NCBI GenBank assembly: GCA_026987025.1
Contig: JALSNJ010000029.1
Location: 15,695 to 79,694, forward strand
Direction of reading: 5' to 3'
DNA length: 64,000 bases
DNA from: Candidatus Aminicenantes bacterium
Lineage (GTDB): Bacteria > Acidobacteriota > Aminicenantia > S016-38
Shown here: in pieces, positions 8,009-17,022 of the stretch
Numbering within the stretch: position 1 is the stretch's first letter
Layout: each line of letters opens with the position of its first letter
Position numbers and translations under genes: made by a program
The notes under the pieces: generated by a model
Seen by the model: only the letters and a program-made list of their open reading frames with translations
Told to the model about the DNA's origin: nothing
Database searches by the model: none

Positions 8009-8695
8009 TTATTTCTTATAAACCAGATCTCCCTTCCTGACGGCGTCTATGGGGAGAAGGGTTTCTATCACCGCATAATCTCCGGCGGTTCTAAGAACCA
8101 CCCCCGTGGATTTGGGTTTTTTCACCTTGTCTATTAATCCGAAAACCATGACGATATCCCCCCTGTGCAAGCCCAGGGCCTTCGCTCCTTTTATTACTGC
8201 CCACCCTTCTCCCAGCTGCTTGAAGGACGACTCAATGAAGACCACCTTCCCGGGCTTTCCTGCCGGGGCCAGGGTTTCCACTGTGATCGGTTTCACCTTT
8301 ACGGTGAACTCCCTTTCCACCACAAGCGGAAATACATGGGACCCCAATTTTACCCCTGTGCAGGAACGGCTGATTTTTATCAGATAGAGGTCGCCTTCTT
8401 TTCTCATAACCTTCCCGTATCCCTGTAGCTTGTATATCTTATAGCCCCCGGAAAGGGAGCCTGCTCTGGCTACCAAGGAATATGTTTCCCCCACATTGAG
8501 GTTGCCCTTGGCAAAAACTATGTCCCCTTCTGAGAAGGTTTGTTTGTTGAAGTCCTGATCCATGGAGCTTACGATTCGGGCGAGGGCTTTGTCCTTCAAC
8601 ACTATATAGGAACAGTTGAGGTCGTGGTTTCCTATCTTAACCTCCACCCCCATTAGAAGCCCAAAAAACAACAACCCTATGAGAATTTTCCTCAT
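8009..8695 (-). CDS. Exported hypothetical protein, beta-rich; resembles the C-terminal part of LysM/TsaP/FlgT-like proteins
   Basis: Signal peptide, SD GGAGGT, LNCSYIV, FSEGDIV, GLHRGD. Confidence 0.65.
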   Translation of the reverse strand: MRKILIGLLFFGLLMGVEVKIGNHDLNCSYIVLKDKALARIVSSMDQDFNKQTFSEGDIVFAKGNLNVGETYSLVARAGSLSGGYKIYKLQGYGKVMRKEGDLYLIKISRSCTGVKLGSHVFPLVVEREFTVKVKPITVETLAPAGKPGKVVFIESSFKQLGEGWAVIKGAKALGLHRGDIVMVFGLIDKVKKPKSTGVVLRTAGDYAVIETLLPIDAVRKGDLVYKK

Positions 8696-8724
8696 GTTTT
8701 TACCTCCGTTAGGAAGTCCCTATT

Positions 8725-8753
8725 AGTGTAAAAGAAAAAATAAGTCAAGTCAA
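8725..8753 (-). promoter_or_regulatory. Sigma70-type promoter TTGACT-17-TACACT driving the 8695 gene and probably PUR-arcE-arcC-argF
   Basis: Near-consensus boxes with an exact 17-nt spacer. Confidence 0.7.
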
Positions 8754-8762
8754 GGAAGGCTC

Positions 8763-8791
8763 TTGACAACGGAGAGAAGAGTTGCCAGAAT
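8763..8791 (+). promoter_or_regulatory. Sigma70-type promoter TTGACA-17-CAGAAT with extended TG, driving the small ORF at 8810
   Basis: Consensus -35, 17-nt spacer, TGnCAGAAT. Confidence 0.7.
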
Positions 8792-8809
8792 TTAATTGGA
8801 GGTGGAAAA

Positions 8810-8929
8810 ATGAGAACTTCCTTGCTGTTTTTCCTAGCAGTGGGGACAGCCTTTGCCCTGGGATTTGTCCTGGGAAAGAAGGTTATAAAGGATAGATTCC
8901 CTGAATTCCAGGAGGACTACGAGTATTAA
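8810..8929 (+). CDS. Small single-TM membrane protein, 39 aa (MRTSLLFFLAVGTAFALGFVLGKKVIKDRFPEFQEDYEY)
   Basis: Own promoter; SD GGAGGT 6 nt before the ATG; hydrophobic helix; stop overlaps the convergent gene's stop. Below the ORF-track cutoff. Confidence 0.75.
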   Translation: MRTSLLFFLAVGTAFALGFVLGKKVIKDRFPEFQEDYEY

Positions 8930-9906
8930 TATAAAAGTATGTAATCGGACTTTACAAAGGGAGGGCCTATAAAGAAACCGTCCCTTACCTTTCCCTGGAT
9001 GGAGCGAAGCAGGTCTTCGGTTTTCATCTCCCTTTCTTTGCCGTTTTCCAGAAGGAGCTGGGTTATTTCTCCGTAAAACCGCAGGTTTACCGCCAGGGTG
9101 AAGGAAGAACAGGAGACCTGCGGGAGCTTTAAAATTATGTTTGTCCATCCAGTGGTGGGAGGCGAGTCTGGACTCATCCTGAGAAGGTGAATGGGCTTCC
9201 TGGCCTTTACTTTCCCTTTTTTGAAGATGGTTCTTCTTTTCATCTCCCTTCCCGATGCGTCAAAGGGGAAACTTCCCGGGCCGTAGTCCAGGGAGGGGTC
9301 CTCTTCCACCGTAAATTCCACCCCCTTTAAGGTGGTCCTTCCGGAAAGAATAAACTTGATCAATTTGAAGGAAGCCAGGGGGTGGAGCACCAGATTTCTT
9401 CCCCCATTGCCGTGAAAATCCGGGGGAAAATCCCGGATTCTGCTCCAGATCAGGAACTGCTCACCGCCCAGGGAGGCCTTGAAAGAATAAAGGGTTTCAG
9501 TATAGGAGCCCTCCCCTCCCCTGGTGTTTAGAAGGAGCACCTTCCTTCCCAGGGCGGAGAATCCCTCTATCCAGGAAGGAAATTCTATCTCCTCTCCGTA
9601 GGGCAGGCCCCTTTCGTCCCTTATTTTCACCGGGCTCTTCCTTATGTAAGAGGGAAGACGAAGCTCCCAATTTTCCCCTATTATGAAGCCATGGTTAAAA
9701 TTAACAGCAGGAGAGGTGGAGAAAAGAAAGAAAACCCCTGCCTTTTCTTTGTTCCAGCGGGTGGAAAAGCCGGTTCTGCTTCCGGAGACGATTCTGGTCT
9801 CCCAGCCTCCCTGAACCTCAACCCTTTCCTCCGCAAAGGCGAGAACATCCCCTTCCCAGCCCAGTGCCTTTATTTCCTCCAATATTTTTTTCGCCTTCTC
9901 ATACAT
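8926..9906 (-). CDS. PmbA/TldE-like protein, shortened and divergent
   Basis: LLNTRG..GSY, EDP...GPGSFPFDASG, PTTGWTN; coupled to the TldD-like gene. Confidence 0.7.
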   Translation of the reverse strand: MYEKAKKILEEIKALGWEGDVLAFAEERVEVQGGWETRIVSGSRTGFSTRWNKEKAGVFFLFSTSPAVNFNHGFIIGENWELRLPSYIRKSPVKIRDERGLPYGEEIEFPSWIEGFSALGRKVLLLNTRGGEGSYTETLYSFKASLGGEQFLIWSRIRDFPPDFHGNGGRNLVLHPLASFKLIKFILSGRTTLKGVEFTVEEDPSLDYGPGSFPFDASGREMKRRTIFKKGKVKARKPIHLLRMSPDSPPTTGWTNIILKLPQVSCSSFTLAVNLRFYGEITQLLLENGKEREMKTEDLLRSIQGKVRDGFFIGPPFVKSDYILLY

Positions 9907-11080
9907 TTCTGGAAAATCCTTTTACCAAAAAATCCGGGGCAATGGAGGAGAAAACCACCCGCTGTCCTCCCTTTATACAAAAGAACCTTTCCTCCTTGTT
10001 CAGATCAGAGGAGCTCCAGAAAAACCTTTCATCTAAGGGTATGTTTACCGAAAGCCACAAAGGGTCCAGGGGAAAAAGGACCCTTCCCTCTTCCACCCAG
10101 TATCCCAAGGAAACCCTGAAGCTGGCCTCCCCCCTTTTGAAGTCCACCCAGGCCCTGTCTATTTCCCTTACCAGGACCCCCCTTTTGATTTTCTGTAGTA
10201 TTTCTATCTGGGAGAGCTCCCCCTTTCTTATAATTACCTTCTTGGGACGGACCATGGGAGGGAAGCGGTAATTTTGACGCCTTCCATGGGGAAGGAAGGG
10301 AAGGCGGTATAGAAGTGAATAATAAACGGAGGATGCAAAACCCACCAGGCGTCCCTTTTCAATCAAGACCTTTTTGCCGAGAACCCTCCCTTCGTCGTCC
10401 GGCTCGCGGGAAGATGAGACAAGGGAGAGGGAGGAGGGAAAGATTTTCTTCCACAGCATGGAAGGAGAAAGGGGGGATTGTCCCCGGAGAATCAGGTCCA
10501 ATTCCAGGGGATGCCAGAAGACTTCGTGGGCGAATACCGAAGCGGCACCCTCGGTGAACAGGAAGAACATTTCCCCTTCCCGGGGAAGTTTTTTGGCAAC
10601 TCTCCTTGTCCGTTTCTTTTCCTGGAAGTAATCCACAAAGCCATCCAGAAATACGCTGGAGGGCCTGGAAGAATATATCCTTCGGTGAACCACCCCCCCT
10701 TCTTTAACCTGAAGAAGGTAAAATTCCTCCACTTTTTCCTGGTGGTTTTCGGGGGTGAGGATGATAGAATTTCTCTTTGTATAGCTTATGCTTATCTCCC
10801 CTTCCAGACCCCGGTCCCTTAATCTCCTCAGGGTATCCTCCAGAAGATCTTCCGCAGCGATTTTTTCCTTGTGGTCTATTGAGGAGGATTTTATGTACTC
10901 CGTTTCCCCCACAATCCAGCGAAGGGCTTTTCCCTCTTCCAGGGAAAAATGGTAGAAAAGCCTTCCCCGGTAATCCGTGAGGGAATAATGGATGGTTCTT
11001 TCCACATAAAGGTCCTTGTAGTCAGCCTTTACTGACTCCAGCTCCCTCCTCAATTTCCGACTTTCAATTCTCATTTCCAC
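9899..11080 (-). CDS. tldD: TldD-family metalloprotease, shortened
   Basis: HEVFWHPLELD (HExxxH), DDEG...LIEKGRL, HGRRQNYRFPPMVR, C-terminal CIKGGQ. Confidence 0.75.
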   Translation of the reverse strand: MEMRIESRKLRRELESVKADYKDLYVERTIHYSLTDYRGRLFYHFSLEEGKALRWIVGETEYIKSSSIDHKEKIAAEDLLEDTLRRLRDRGLEGEISISYTKRNSIILTPENHQEKVEEFYLLQVKEGGVVHRRIYSSRPSSVFLDGFVDYFQEKKRTRRVAKKLPREGEMFFLFTEGAASVFAHEVFWHPLELDLILRGQSPLSPSMLWKKIFPSSLSLVSSSREPDDEGRVLGKKVLIEKGRLVGFASSVYYSLLYRLPFLPHGRRQNYRFPPMVRPKKVIIRKGELSQIEILQKIKRGVLVREIDRAWVDFKRGEASFRVSLGYWVEEGRVLFPLDPLWLSVNIPLDERFFWSSSDLNKEERFFCIKGGQRVVFSSIAPDFLVKGFSRNV

Positions 11081-11109
11081 CCTTGATATAATAACATCCG
11101 GAGGTGAAC

Positions 11110-12459
11110 ATGGACATTGAAGAAATTGAGGAGATAATAAAGCGCAGAGAGGTAAAGTACATTGACCTTAAGGCCCTGGACCTTCGGGGAAACCTTCATC
11201 ATGTTACCCTGCCCGTGGAATATTTTTCTCAAAATATTCTGGAGGAAGGGGTGGGGTTTGATGGTTCCAGCTACGGATATCTTCCTGTGGAGTCCTCGGA
11301 CCTGGTTTTAAAGCCCGTCCTGGAGACCGGTTTTATGGACCCCTTCCACCGCGAGCCGACCCTTTCCTTCCTCTGTACCATTCACCTGGCCGATAAGGGA
11401 AGGAGCCGCTATCCCATGGACCCCAGATTTATCCTGGAAAAGAGCGTGGAGGTTATGAGGAAAACCGGGGTGGGCGATGACATATTCTGGGGCCCGGAGT
11501 ATGAGTTTTACCTTTTCAAAAACGCGGAATTTTATTCCGAAGACTTCTCCAGCGGGTTTCACATTACATCCGAAAGGGTTGGCTATTATAACGGATATCA
11601 CCGGGAGATTCCCCGGGATGAATTTCTGGATTTCAGGAGCGAGGCCGTAGGTTTGTTAAGGAGCGCAGGGATTGAGGTTAAATACCATCATCACGAAGTG
11701 GGCCAGGCAGGCCAGCAGGAAATAGAGACCGTCTTCACTCCTTCCCTTAAAACTGCGGACAATGCGGTGAAGATTAAGTACCTTCTCAAGGGCTTGGCCT
11801 CCAGGAGGGGCATTTTCCTTACTTTTATGCCCAAACCCCTTTACAATCAGGCGGGAACCGGATGGCACCTGCATCAGATGATCCTCAGGGATGGGGGAAA
11901 TGTGTTTTACAGTTCGCAGGGATATGCCAACTTGAGCAAGGAGGCCCTCCATTATGTAGGGGGGCTCCTCTATCACGCAAAATCTCTGGCGGCCTTCACC
12001 AATGCATCCACCAACTCTTACAAAAGGTTAAATGGGGGATTTGAGGCCCCTGCATCCATCAGCTTTGGACGGGGCAACAGGGGTTCGGCGGTGAGAATTC
12101 CCGGATATGTGAAGGACCCCTCCAGAACCAGGATAGAGTTCAGAACCCCGGATTTTACAGGGAACCCCTATTTGATTCTGGCCTCCATAATAATGGCCGG
12201 AATGGACGGTATCATAAGGGGGCTTGACCCTGTGGAGATGGGTTACGGTCCTGCCGAGGAGGGAAGGACCATCCTTAAGGAGTCCATGCCCTCTTCCTTA
12301 GAGCAGGCCCTGAGGGAACTGGAGGACGATAAGGATTATCTTTTAAGGGAAGGGGTCTTTTCCGAGGAATTGATAAGAAAGTGGATAAGCCTCAAGAAGG
12401 AGGAGATAAAATTCGTGGAAATGAGGCCTTCCCCCGCTGAATTCGTCCTTTACTTTTAG
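11110..12459 (+). CDS. glnA: Glutamine synthetase type I (paralog 1)
   Basis: FDGSS, GPEYEF, HHHEV, TFMPKP, GTGWHLH, NSYKRL, RIEFRTPD; SD GGAGGT before ATG 11110. Confidence 0.93.
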   Translation: MDIEEIEEIIKRREVKYIDLKALDLRGNLHHVTLPVEYFSQNILEEGVGFDGSSYGYLPVESSDLVLKPVLETGFMDPFHREPTLSFLCTIHLADKGRSRYPMDPRFILEKSVEVMRKTGVGDDIFWGPEYEFYLFKNAEFYSEDFSSGFHITSERVGYYNGYHREIPRDEFLDFRSEAVGLLRSAGIEVKYHHHEVGQAGQQEIETVFTPSLKTADNAVKIKYLLKGLASRRGIFLTFMPKPLYNQAGTGWHLHQMILRDGGNVFYSSQGYANLSKEALHYVGGLLYHAKSLAAFTNASTNSYKRLNGGFEAPASISFGRGNRGSAVRIPGYVKDPSRTRIEFRTPDFTGNPYLILASIIMAGMDGIIRGLDPVEMGYGPAEEGRTILKESMPSSLEQALRELEDDKDYLLREGVFSEELIRKWISLKKEEIKFVEMRPSPAEFVLYF

Positions 12460-13199
12460 AAAATTATTCCCAGCCCCGCTCCTAAGGTAAATCCATCAAG
12501 GAAGCCTCCCTCCACATAGATGGAGGCGTTTTCTCCGAGCCTCCCCCTTATACCCAGCGCTGCTTTAATGAAGGGCATAAAGTTGGGTATTCCTTCCTCC
12601 TGGCGGAGTTCCTCCAGGGTTTTGCTCTGGTTCTCGGTGTAATTATCGGTGGTTCCACCTGCATTGACCCTTACATATCCGGTATAGGAGGCGGTTCCGT
12701 TCAGGGTTCCTCCCCCAAGTCCAAAGGAGAGGTAGGGGCTTACCCCGGAAGATGGAACGAACTCCCACTGTAGGGATACAAGGGCAGCGTAGGAATTTAT
12801 GCTCACCTCCCCGCTTCCGTTGAAACTGGCAGAGTCCTGTCCCTTCTTCGCCAGGATCTCACCTTCAAGGACCATGTCCATTTTAGCTCTGAGTAGAATA
12901 ATCCCCAGGCTGAAACTGGAATTCTTTCCCCCGGGATAGAATCGCAGGCCCAGGGAGAAATTTCCTCCCCCGGAGGAGAAACTTTCGGTGTGTTGATAGG
13001 TGGCTCCCCTGAGCTCAGTATACTTCTCTTCCAGGTCTTCGCTTATTATCTGGTCTACCCTCTCCCTGGCGAAGCTTTCAATTTTACCCTTTAAAAGGTT
13101 CAGGGACCACACCCCGGCACCTCCGTAAAATTCCACCCTCACCCCCGCCCAGATGGGAAGGGCTAAAAATAGAATAAGGAAGATAACCGTTTTTCTCAT
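12456..13199 (-). CDS. Putative outer-membrane beta-barrel protein
   Basis: Signal peptide, alternating beta-strands, VSPYLSFGLG, C-terminal Phe (GLGIIF). Confidence 0.7.
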   Translation of the reverse strand: MRKTVIFLILFLALPIWAGVRVEFYGGAGVWSLNLLKGKIESFARERVDQIISEDLEEKYTELRGATYQHTESFSSGGGNFSLGLRFYPGGKNSSFSLGIILLRAKMDMVLEGEILAKKGQDSASFNGSGEVSINSYAALVSLQWEFVPSSGVSPYLSFGLGGGTLNGTASYTGYVRVNAGGTTDNYTENQSKTLEELRQEEGIPNFMPFIKAALGIRGRLGENASIYVEGGFLDGFTLGAGLGIIF

Positions 13200-13224
13200 G
13201 GAAAAATTCTAACATTCCGGGGTC

Positions 13225-13253
13225 TTGAAAAAAAATCCTTCTCCTGTTAATAT
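13225..13253 (+). promoter_or_regulatory. Sigma70-type promoter TTGAAA-17-TAATAT
   Basis: 17-nt spacer with extended TG, upstream of 13286. Confidence 0.6.
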
Positions 13254-13285
13254 GGCCTCTTATAGGAGAAAAGGAGGATTAGCAG

Positions 13286-13855
13286 ATGAGATTCTACGAA
13301 TTTGTGGTCGAAGCCCCACTTTTGTTAACCAAAGGGTTTGTTTATGGATGGATAAGGGGAAGGGGAATTGAGGATGAGGTGGTTTACTTCAGCAAAATTT
13401 TGGGCATAGAAAGGTCCACCCTTTCCGACGCCCTCAGGGAATGGTTCGGTCTGGAGAACCTCACCCACTTTGTGGTAAGGGAAGACATTGCCGAGGACCT
13501 CAAAAAATGTATAGAAAGATGCACCGATAGGCTGGGAATTAAGCTCAAATCCGTAAGGCCCATAAAGGCGGCTCAGGTCAGGTTCTCCTTCTCCATTTAC
13601 AACAGGGAGCTGGCTCAGAGGTTGAAGAGGGCCCTGGAAAAGCTCCCTGCAGAACGCATAAAGAAACACCAGGAGAAGGAGACTTATATAAAGGAGGCAG
13701 AGCAAACTGAAATGTACGCACCCCTTCATCCTTACATCTACGAGGGGGAATACGAGGTGGAAGGGCCCTTCCAGGAGGTAATAGGGTTCTACAAAGAAAT
13801 AAGGGAAATACCTCAGGTGAAGGAAGAACCGCTTAAACTCATTTTTGAAGATTAA
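13286..13855 (+). CDS. Hypothetical cytoplasmic protein, 189 aa
   Basis: SD AGGAGG, own promoter, host-like codon usage. Confidence 0.75.
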   Translation: MRFYEFVVEAPLLLTKGFVYGWIRGRGIEDEVVYFSKILGIERSTLSDALREWFGLENLTHFVVREDIAEDLKKCIERCTDRLGIKLKSVRPIKAAQVRFSFSIYNRELAQRLKRALEKLPAERIKKHQEKETYIKEAEQTEMYAPLHPYIYEGEYEVEGPFQEVIGFYKEIREIPQVKEEPLKLIFED

Positions 13856-14658
13856 GGTTTAAGAAAGAACTTTATTGCCCCTGAGATTAACAGGATTACG
13901 AAGCCCGAAGCTATAATGGTGGCCCCGGAGGGGAGGTCCAGCTTATAGGAAAGTAAAATCCCTGAGAGGAAGGACAGAAGCCCGAAAAAGGCGGAAAGGC
14001 CTATGTAGGCTTTCATGTTTCTTGCGAACTGAAGGGCAGCCAGAGGAGGGATGACCAGCAGTCCTGAGAGCAGAATTATCCCCACCACCTTTATGCTCAC
14101 CACGATTACTAAGGAGGTTAAAATTAAAAAAAGATAGTAGACCAGAGAGGTATTTATCCCCAGGACCTGAGCCGTTTCCTCATCAAAGGTGGCAAACACC
14201 ATCTCCCTGAAAAAGAGGATAAAAAAAAGCAGGGTCAGGGTCAGGGATATCCAGGAGAGATAAAGCTCGGTTTTACCCACCAGCAGTATATCCCCGAAGA
14301 GGTAGCCCATTATATTGGGGGTATATCCCTTTATGAAACCCAGCAGGATTATTCCCAGGGACATGGAGAAGGGGAAGAAGACTCCAACGGCGCTTTCCTC
14401 TTCAATTTTGTAGTTCCTGGAGAGGAATCCGATGGAAAGTCCTGTGAAGGAGGCAAAGGCCAAAGCAGAAGCCATGGGGTTTATTCCCAGAAGCAGCCCT
14501 ATTACTACCCCGGCAAAGGAAGAGTGGGCTATCCCTGCTCCTATGAAGGTCATCTTTCTTATAACCACGAAACTACCCAGAAGGGAGGAGGCCGCTGCCA
14601 CAGCAAGCCCTCCCAGCAGGGCGTTTTTCATGAAGGGTATTTTCAGTATTTCAATCAC
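13852..14658 (-). CDS. znuB: Zn/Mn ABC transporter permease
   Basis: IAHSSFAG, YLFGDIL, TFDEETA, KVVGIIL, DLPSGATI. Confidence 0.9.
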   Translation of the reverse strand: MIEILKIPFMKNALLGGLAVAAASSLLGSFVVIRKMTFIGAGIAHSSFAGVVIGLLLGINPMASALAFASFTGLSIGFLSRNYKIEEESAVGVFFPFSMSLGIILLGFIKGYTPNIMGYLFGDILLVGKTELYLSWISLTLTLLFFILFFREMVFATFDEETAQVLGINTSLVYYLFLILTSLVIVVSIKVVGIILLSGLLVIPPLAALQFARNMKAYIGLSAFFGLLSFLSGILLSYKLDLPSGATIIASGFVILLISGAIKFFLKP

Positions 14659-15412
14659 GGTGTTTCTCCACTATTAAATGAGGTGCTGGCCCGTGGCCGA
14701 AATAGGCTGCCGCTTCTCCATAGAGGCACTTGAGGTTCTCCCCTGTGAGAACTTCCTGGGGTCTCCCGTGGACCACCACCGTCCTGTTGAGGCAGGCTAT
14801 AGAGGAGACCACCTGGGAGACGGCCATAACATCGTGGGTTACGGTTATTATGGTGGTTCCGTATTTTTCCCTGATCTTCAGCAACAGTTTGTAAAAACCT
14901 TCCTGAAAGGAAGGGTCTAATCCGGTCTCGGGTTCATCTAAAATCAGCAGCTTGGGTTTCCTCACCAAGGCCCGGGCTATTAGAACCCTTTGCCTCTGTC
15001 CGCCGGAAAGCTCTCCGAAGAGCCTTTTTTTCAGGGATAGGATCCCTACCTCCTCCAAGACTCTTTCGGCTTCCATCCGTTGAGGTTTTCCTGGCCATTT
15101 CAGTATTCCCTCATAAAGCCCCATCATAACCACGGAGAAGGCGGTTATGGGCATCCTCCGATTGGGCTGGAGGTTCTGGGGAACATATCCTATATAACCT
15201 CTGGCCTTTTCCGGAGGAAGGCCGAAGATCCTTACTTCCCCCCGACGGGGCTTGAGGAGTCCCAGGATTAATTTAAGGAGGGTGGTTTTTCCGGCTCCGT
15301 TGGGTCCTAAAATGGCCACAGTTTCCCCTGCTTCGGCGGAAAAATTCACCCCCTTAAGCACATCTTCGCCGCCGTAGGAAAACCAAAGGTCCTTTACCTC
15401 CAGGGCTTTCAT
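14651..15412 (-). CDS. znuC: Zn/Mn ABC transporter ATPase
   Basis: GPNGAGKT, YVPQ, LSGGQRQR, LDEP, VTHD, CLN. Confidence 0.9.
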   Translation of the reverse strand: MKALEVKDLWFSYGGEDVLKGVNFSAEAGETVAILGPNGAGKTTLLKLILGLLKPRRGEVRIFGLPPEKARGYIGYVPQNLQPNRRMPITAFSVVMMGLYEGILKWPGKPQRMEAERVLEEVGILSLKKRLFGELSGGQRQRVLIARALVRKPKLLILDEPETGLDPSFQEGFYKLLLKIREKYGTTIITVTHDVMAVSQVVSSIACLNRTVVVHGRPQEVLTGENLKCLYGEAAAYFGHGPAPHLIVEKHRD

Positions 15413-16182
15413 TTCAGTCTTTCCACCAGCTGGCGGGCGTTCTCAAGGATGAATTCGGAGTAGGAGGGGAAATCCCGCCTTTCCGCTAAGGGGTCCAGCA
15501 TCACCCAGGGAATTCCCGCCCATCCGGCCAGGATTTTCGCCTTTTCTTCAGGGATGGAAGGGTCGAAAATTATAAGATCTCCCTTCAGCCGGGCCATTTT
15601 TCCCGGGGTGGGGGGCCGGGAAGGGTCAGGGGTTAGAACCTGGAAGTCCCCGAGTCCGTAGTCCTCAAGGAAATAAACCCAAGCTGGTCTGTAGAGAATG
15701 ATTTTCTTCCCGGAGAACCGTCCCAGCATCCGCCGAAGTTCCCGGTTCAGGTTTTTCAAATCATCTGCAGCCCTGTGGGCCCTGCTCCTTATTTCCCCCT
15801 CAATTTCAGGGAAGGTTTCCACTAAGTAATGCTCAATGGCCGGCAGGACTTTCACCATCCTCAGGGGAGAGAGCCAGTAATGGGGGTTGGGTCTTCCTCC
15901 CCTTTTGATCAGAGGGACATGGGCGGAAAGGTCCACCTCCTTAGCTCCTGGAATTTTCCACGGTTCCAGCCCAGCTCCTATTTTGAAGACGAGTTTTGCC
16001 TTTAGAATCCTTCTCACCTCCCGGGGAGTAGGGGAGAAAATGTGGGGGGAGCGATGAGGGGGGACCACGGTTATCACCTCCCCCGGATAAATTTCCCCTA
16101 CAAGGAGGGAAAGGGGTTTTATGGATGCTGCCACCTGGGAGAAAACCAAGGCCGGGAACAGGAGCAAAAACAATTTTCTCAT
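15409..16182 (-). CDS. znuA: Zn/Mn ABC transporter substrate-binding protein
   Basis: SIKPL, SPHIFSPTP, GAGLEPW, NPHYWLSP, LDPL. Confidence 0.88.
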   Translation of the reverse strand: MRKLFLLLFPALVFSQVAASIKPLSLLVGEIYPGEVITVVPPHRSPHIFSPTPREVRRILKAKLVFKIGAGLEPWKIPGAKEVDLSAHVPLIKRGGRPNPHYWLSPLRMVKVLPAIEHYLVETFPEIEGEIRSRAHRAADDLKNLNRELRRMLGRFSGKKIILYRPAWVYFLEDYGLGDFQVLTPDPSRPPTPGKMARLKGDLIIFDPSIPEEKAKILAGWAGIPWVMLDPLAERRDFPSYSEFILENARQLVERLK

Positions 16183-16209
16183 AAATTAATTATAAAACCC
16201 GGATGGGGC

Positions 16210-17013
16210 TCAGGAAAATTCCCGGGCCAGGTATTTTTCCCCGAAAAACAGGGAAATCCTGGAATATGCCTTTACGAGAACGAAGACCTGAAAGAGGAAA
16301 ATATAAAGGAGAGGGGGCAGGGGCGAAAGGAGCGGTTTTAAAAGGAATAAGGGTATAGCCCAAAGGAGCAGGGACGCAATACCCATGATGAGAGAGGAGA
16401 ACCAGCGCATTAAAAGCACCTTCCAGGAGAAGAGGACCGCCCGGACGGCGCTTCGGTTGTCCCTCACCACCGCCAGTTTGGCGTAATCCTTGTTGATGGA
16501 AGCGAGGACGAGGAGAAGAAAGAGGATTAAAAGATAAGCCACCAGTGCCAAGGAGAAGGCTTTTTCCCGGTAATAGGGTATTGGTTTGATCAGAAGGAAA
16601 AATATCCCTGCGGTAAGTATGTAGGGCAGGTAAATCACCGGGGTGAGGATTTCCAGGAGCAGGAAGCGGCCGAAGTATTTTCTCCAGTAGGAAAAAGGTT
16701 CCCTTCTGAGTATGCCCGCCCATATCCCCCCTTCTACGATGAGGGAGGCAATGTAGAAGAGCAAAAATACGGTGAAAACCGTGGCAAAGAAGAGGCCGGA
16801 GTTATCGTTATTGCATGCCAGAGAAATATAGGCGGGATGTTCGGTTAAATATCCCCAGTCCGGGAAATGGGAAAGTTTGATGGAGAAGAAAGTCTTCGCT
16901 GGCAAATATAGTGTGAAGACCATAGCCAAGGAGAGAAACCAGAGGTACAGTATAAACCTGAACTCCCAGAGGGCTTCCCTCAATCCTTCGGCATAATAAA
17001 GAATGCCTTTCAT
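16210..17013 (-). CDS. Polytopic membrane protein (about 6 TM) of unknown function
   Basis: Several hydrophobic segments, DYAK motif, SD AGGAGG; directly downstream of the M1 peptidase. Confidence 0.8.
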   Translation of the reverse strand: MKGILYYAEGLREALWEFRFILYLWFLSLAMVFTLYLPAKTFFSIKLSHFPDWGYLTEHPAYISLACNNDNSGLFFATVFTVFLLFYIASLIVEGGIWAGILRREPFSYWRKYFGRFLLLEILTPVIYLPYILTAGIFFLLIKPIPYYREKAFSLALVAYLLILFLLLVLASINKDYAKLAVVRDNRSAVRAVLFSWKVLLMRWFSSLIMGIASLLLWAIPLFLLKPLLSPLPPLLYIFLFQVFVLVKAYSRISLFFGEKYLAREFS

Positions 17014-17022
17014 TTTTTCCTC

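Noticed and set aside
8749-8767. Inverted repeat GTCAAG-N7-CTTGAC as a transcription factor operator
   Set aside because: Fully explained by the back-to-back -35 boxes of two divergent promoters
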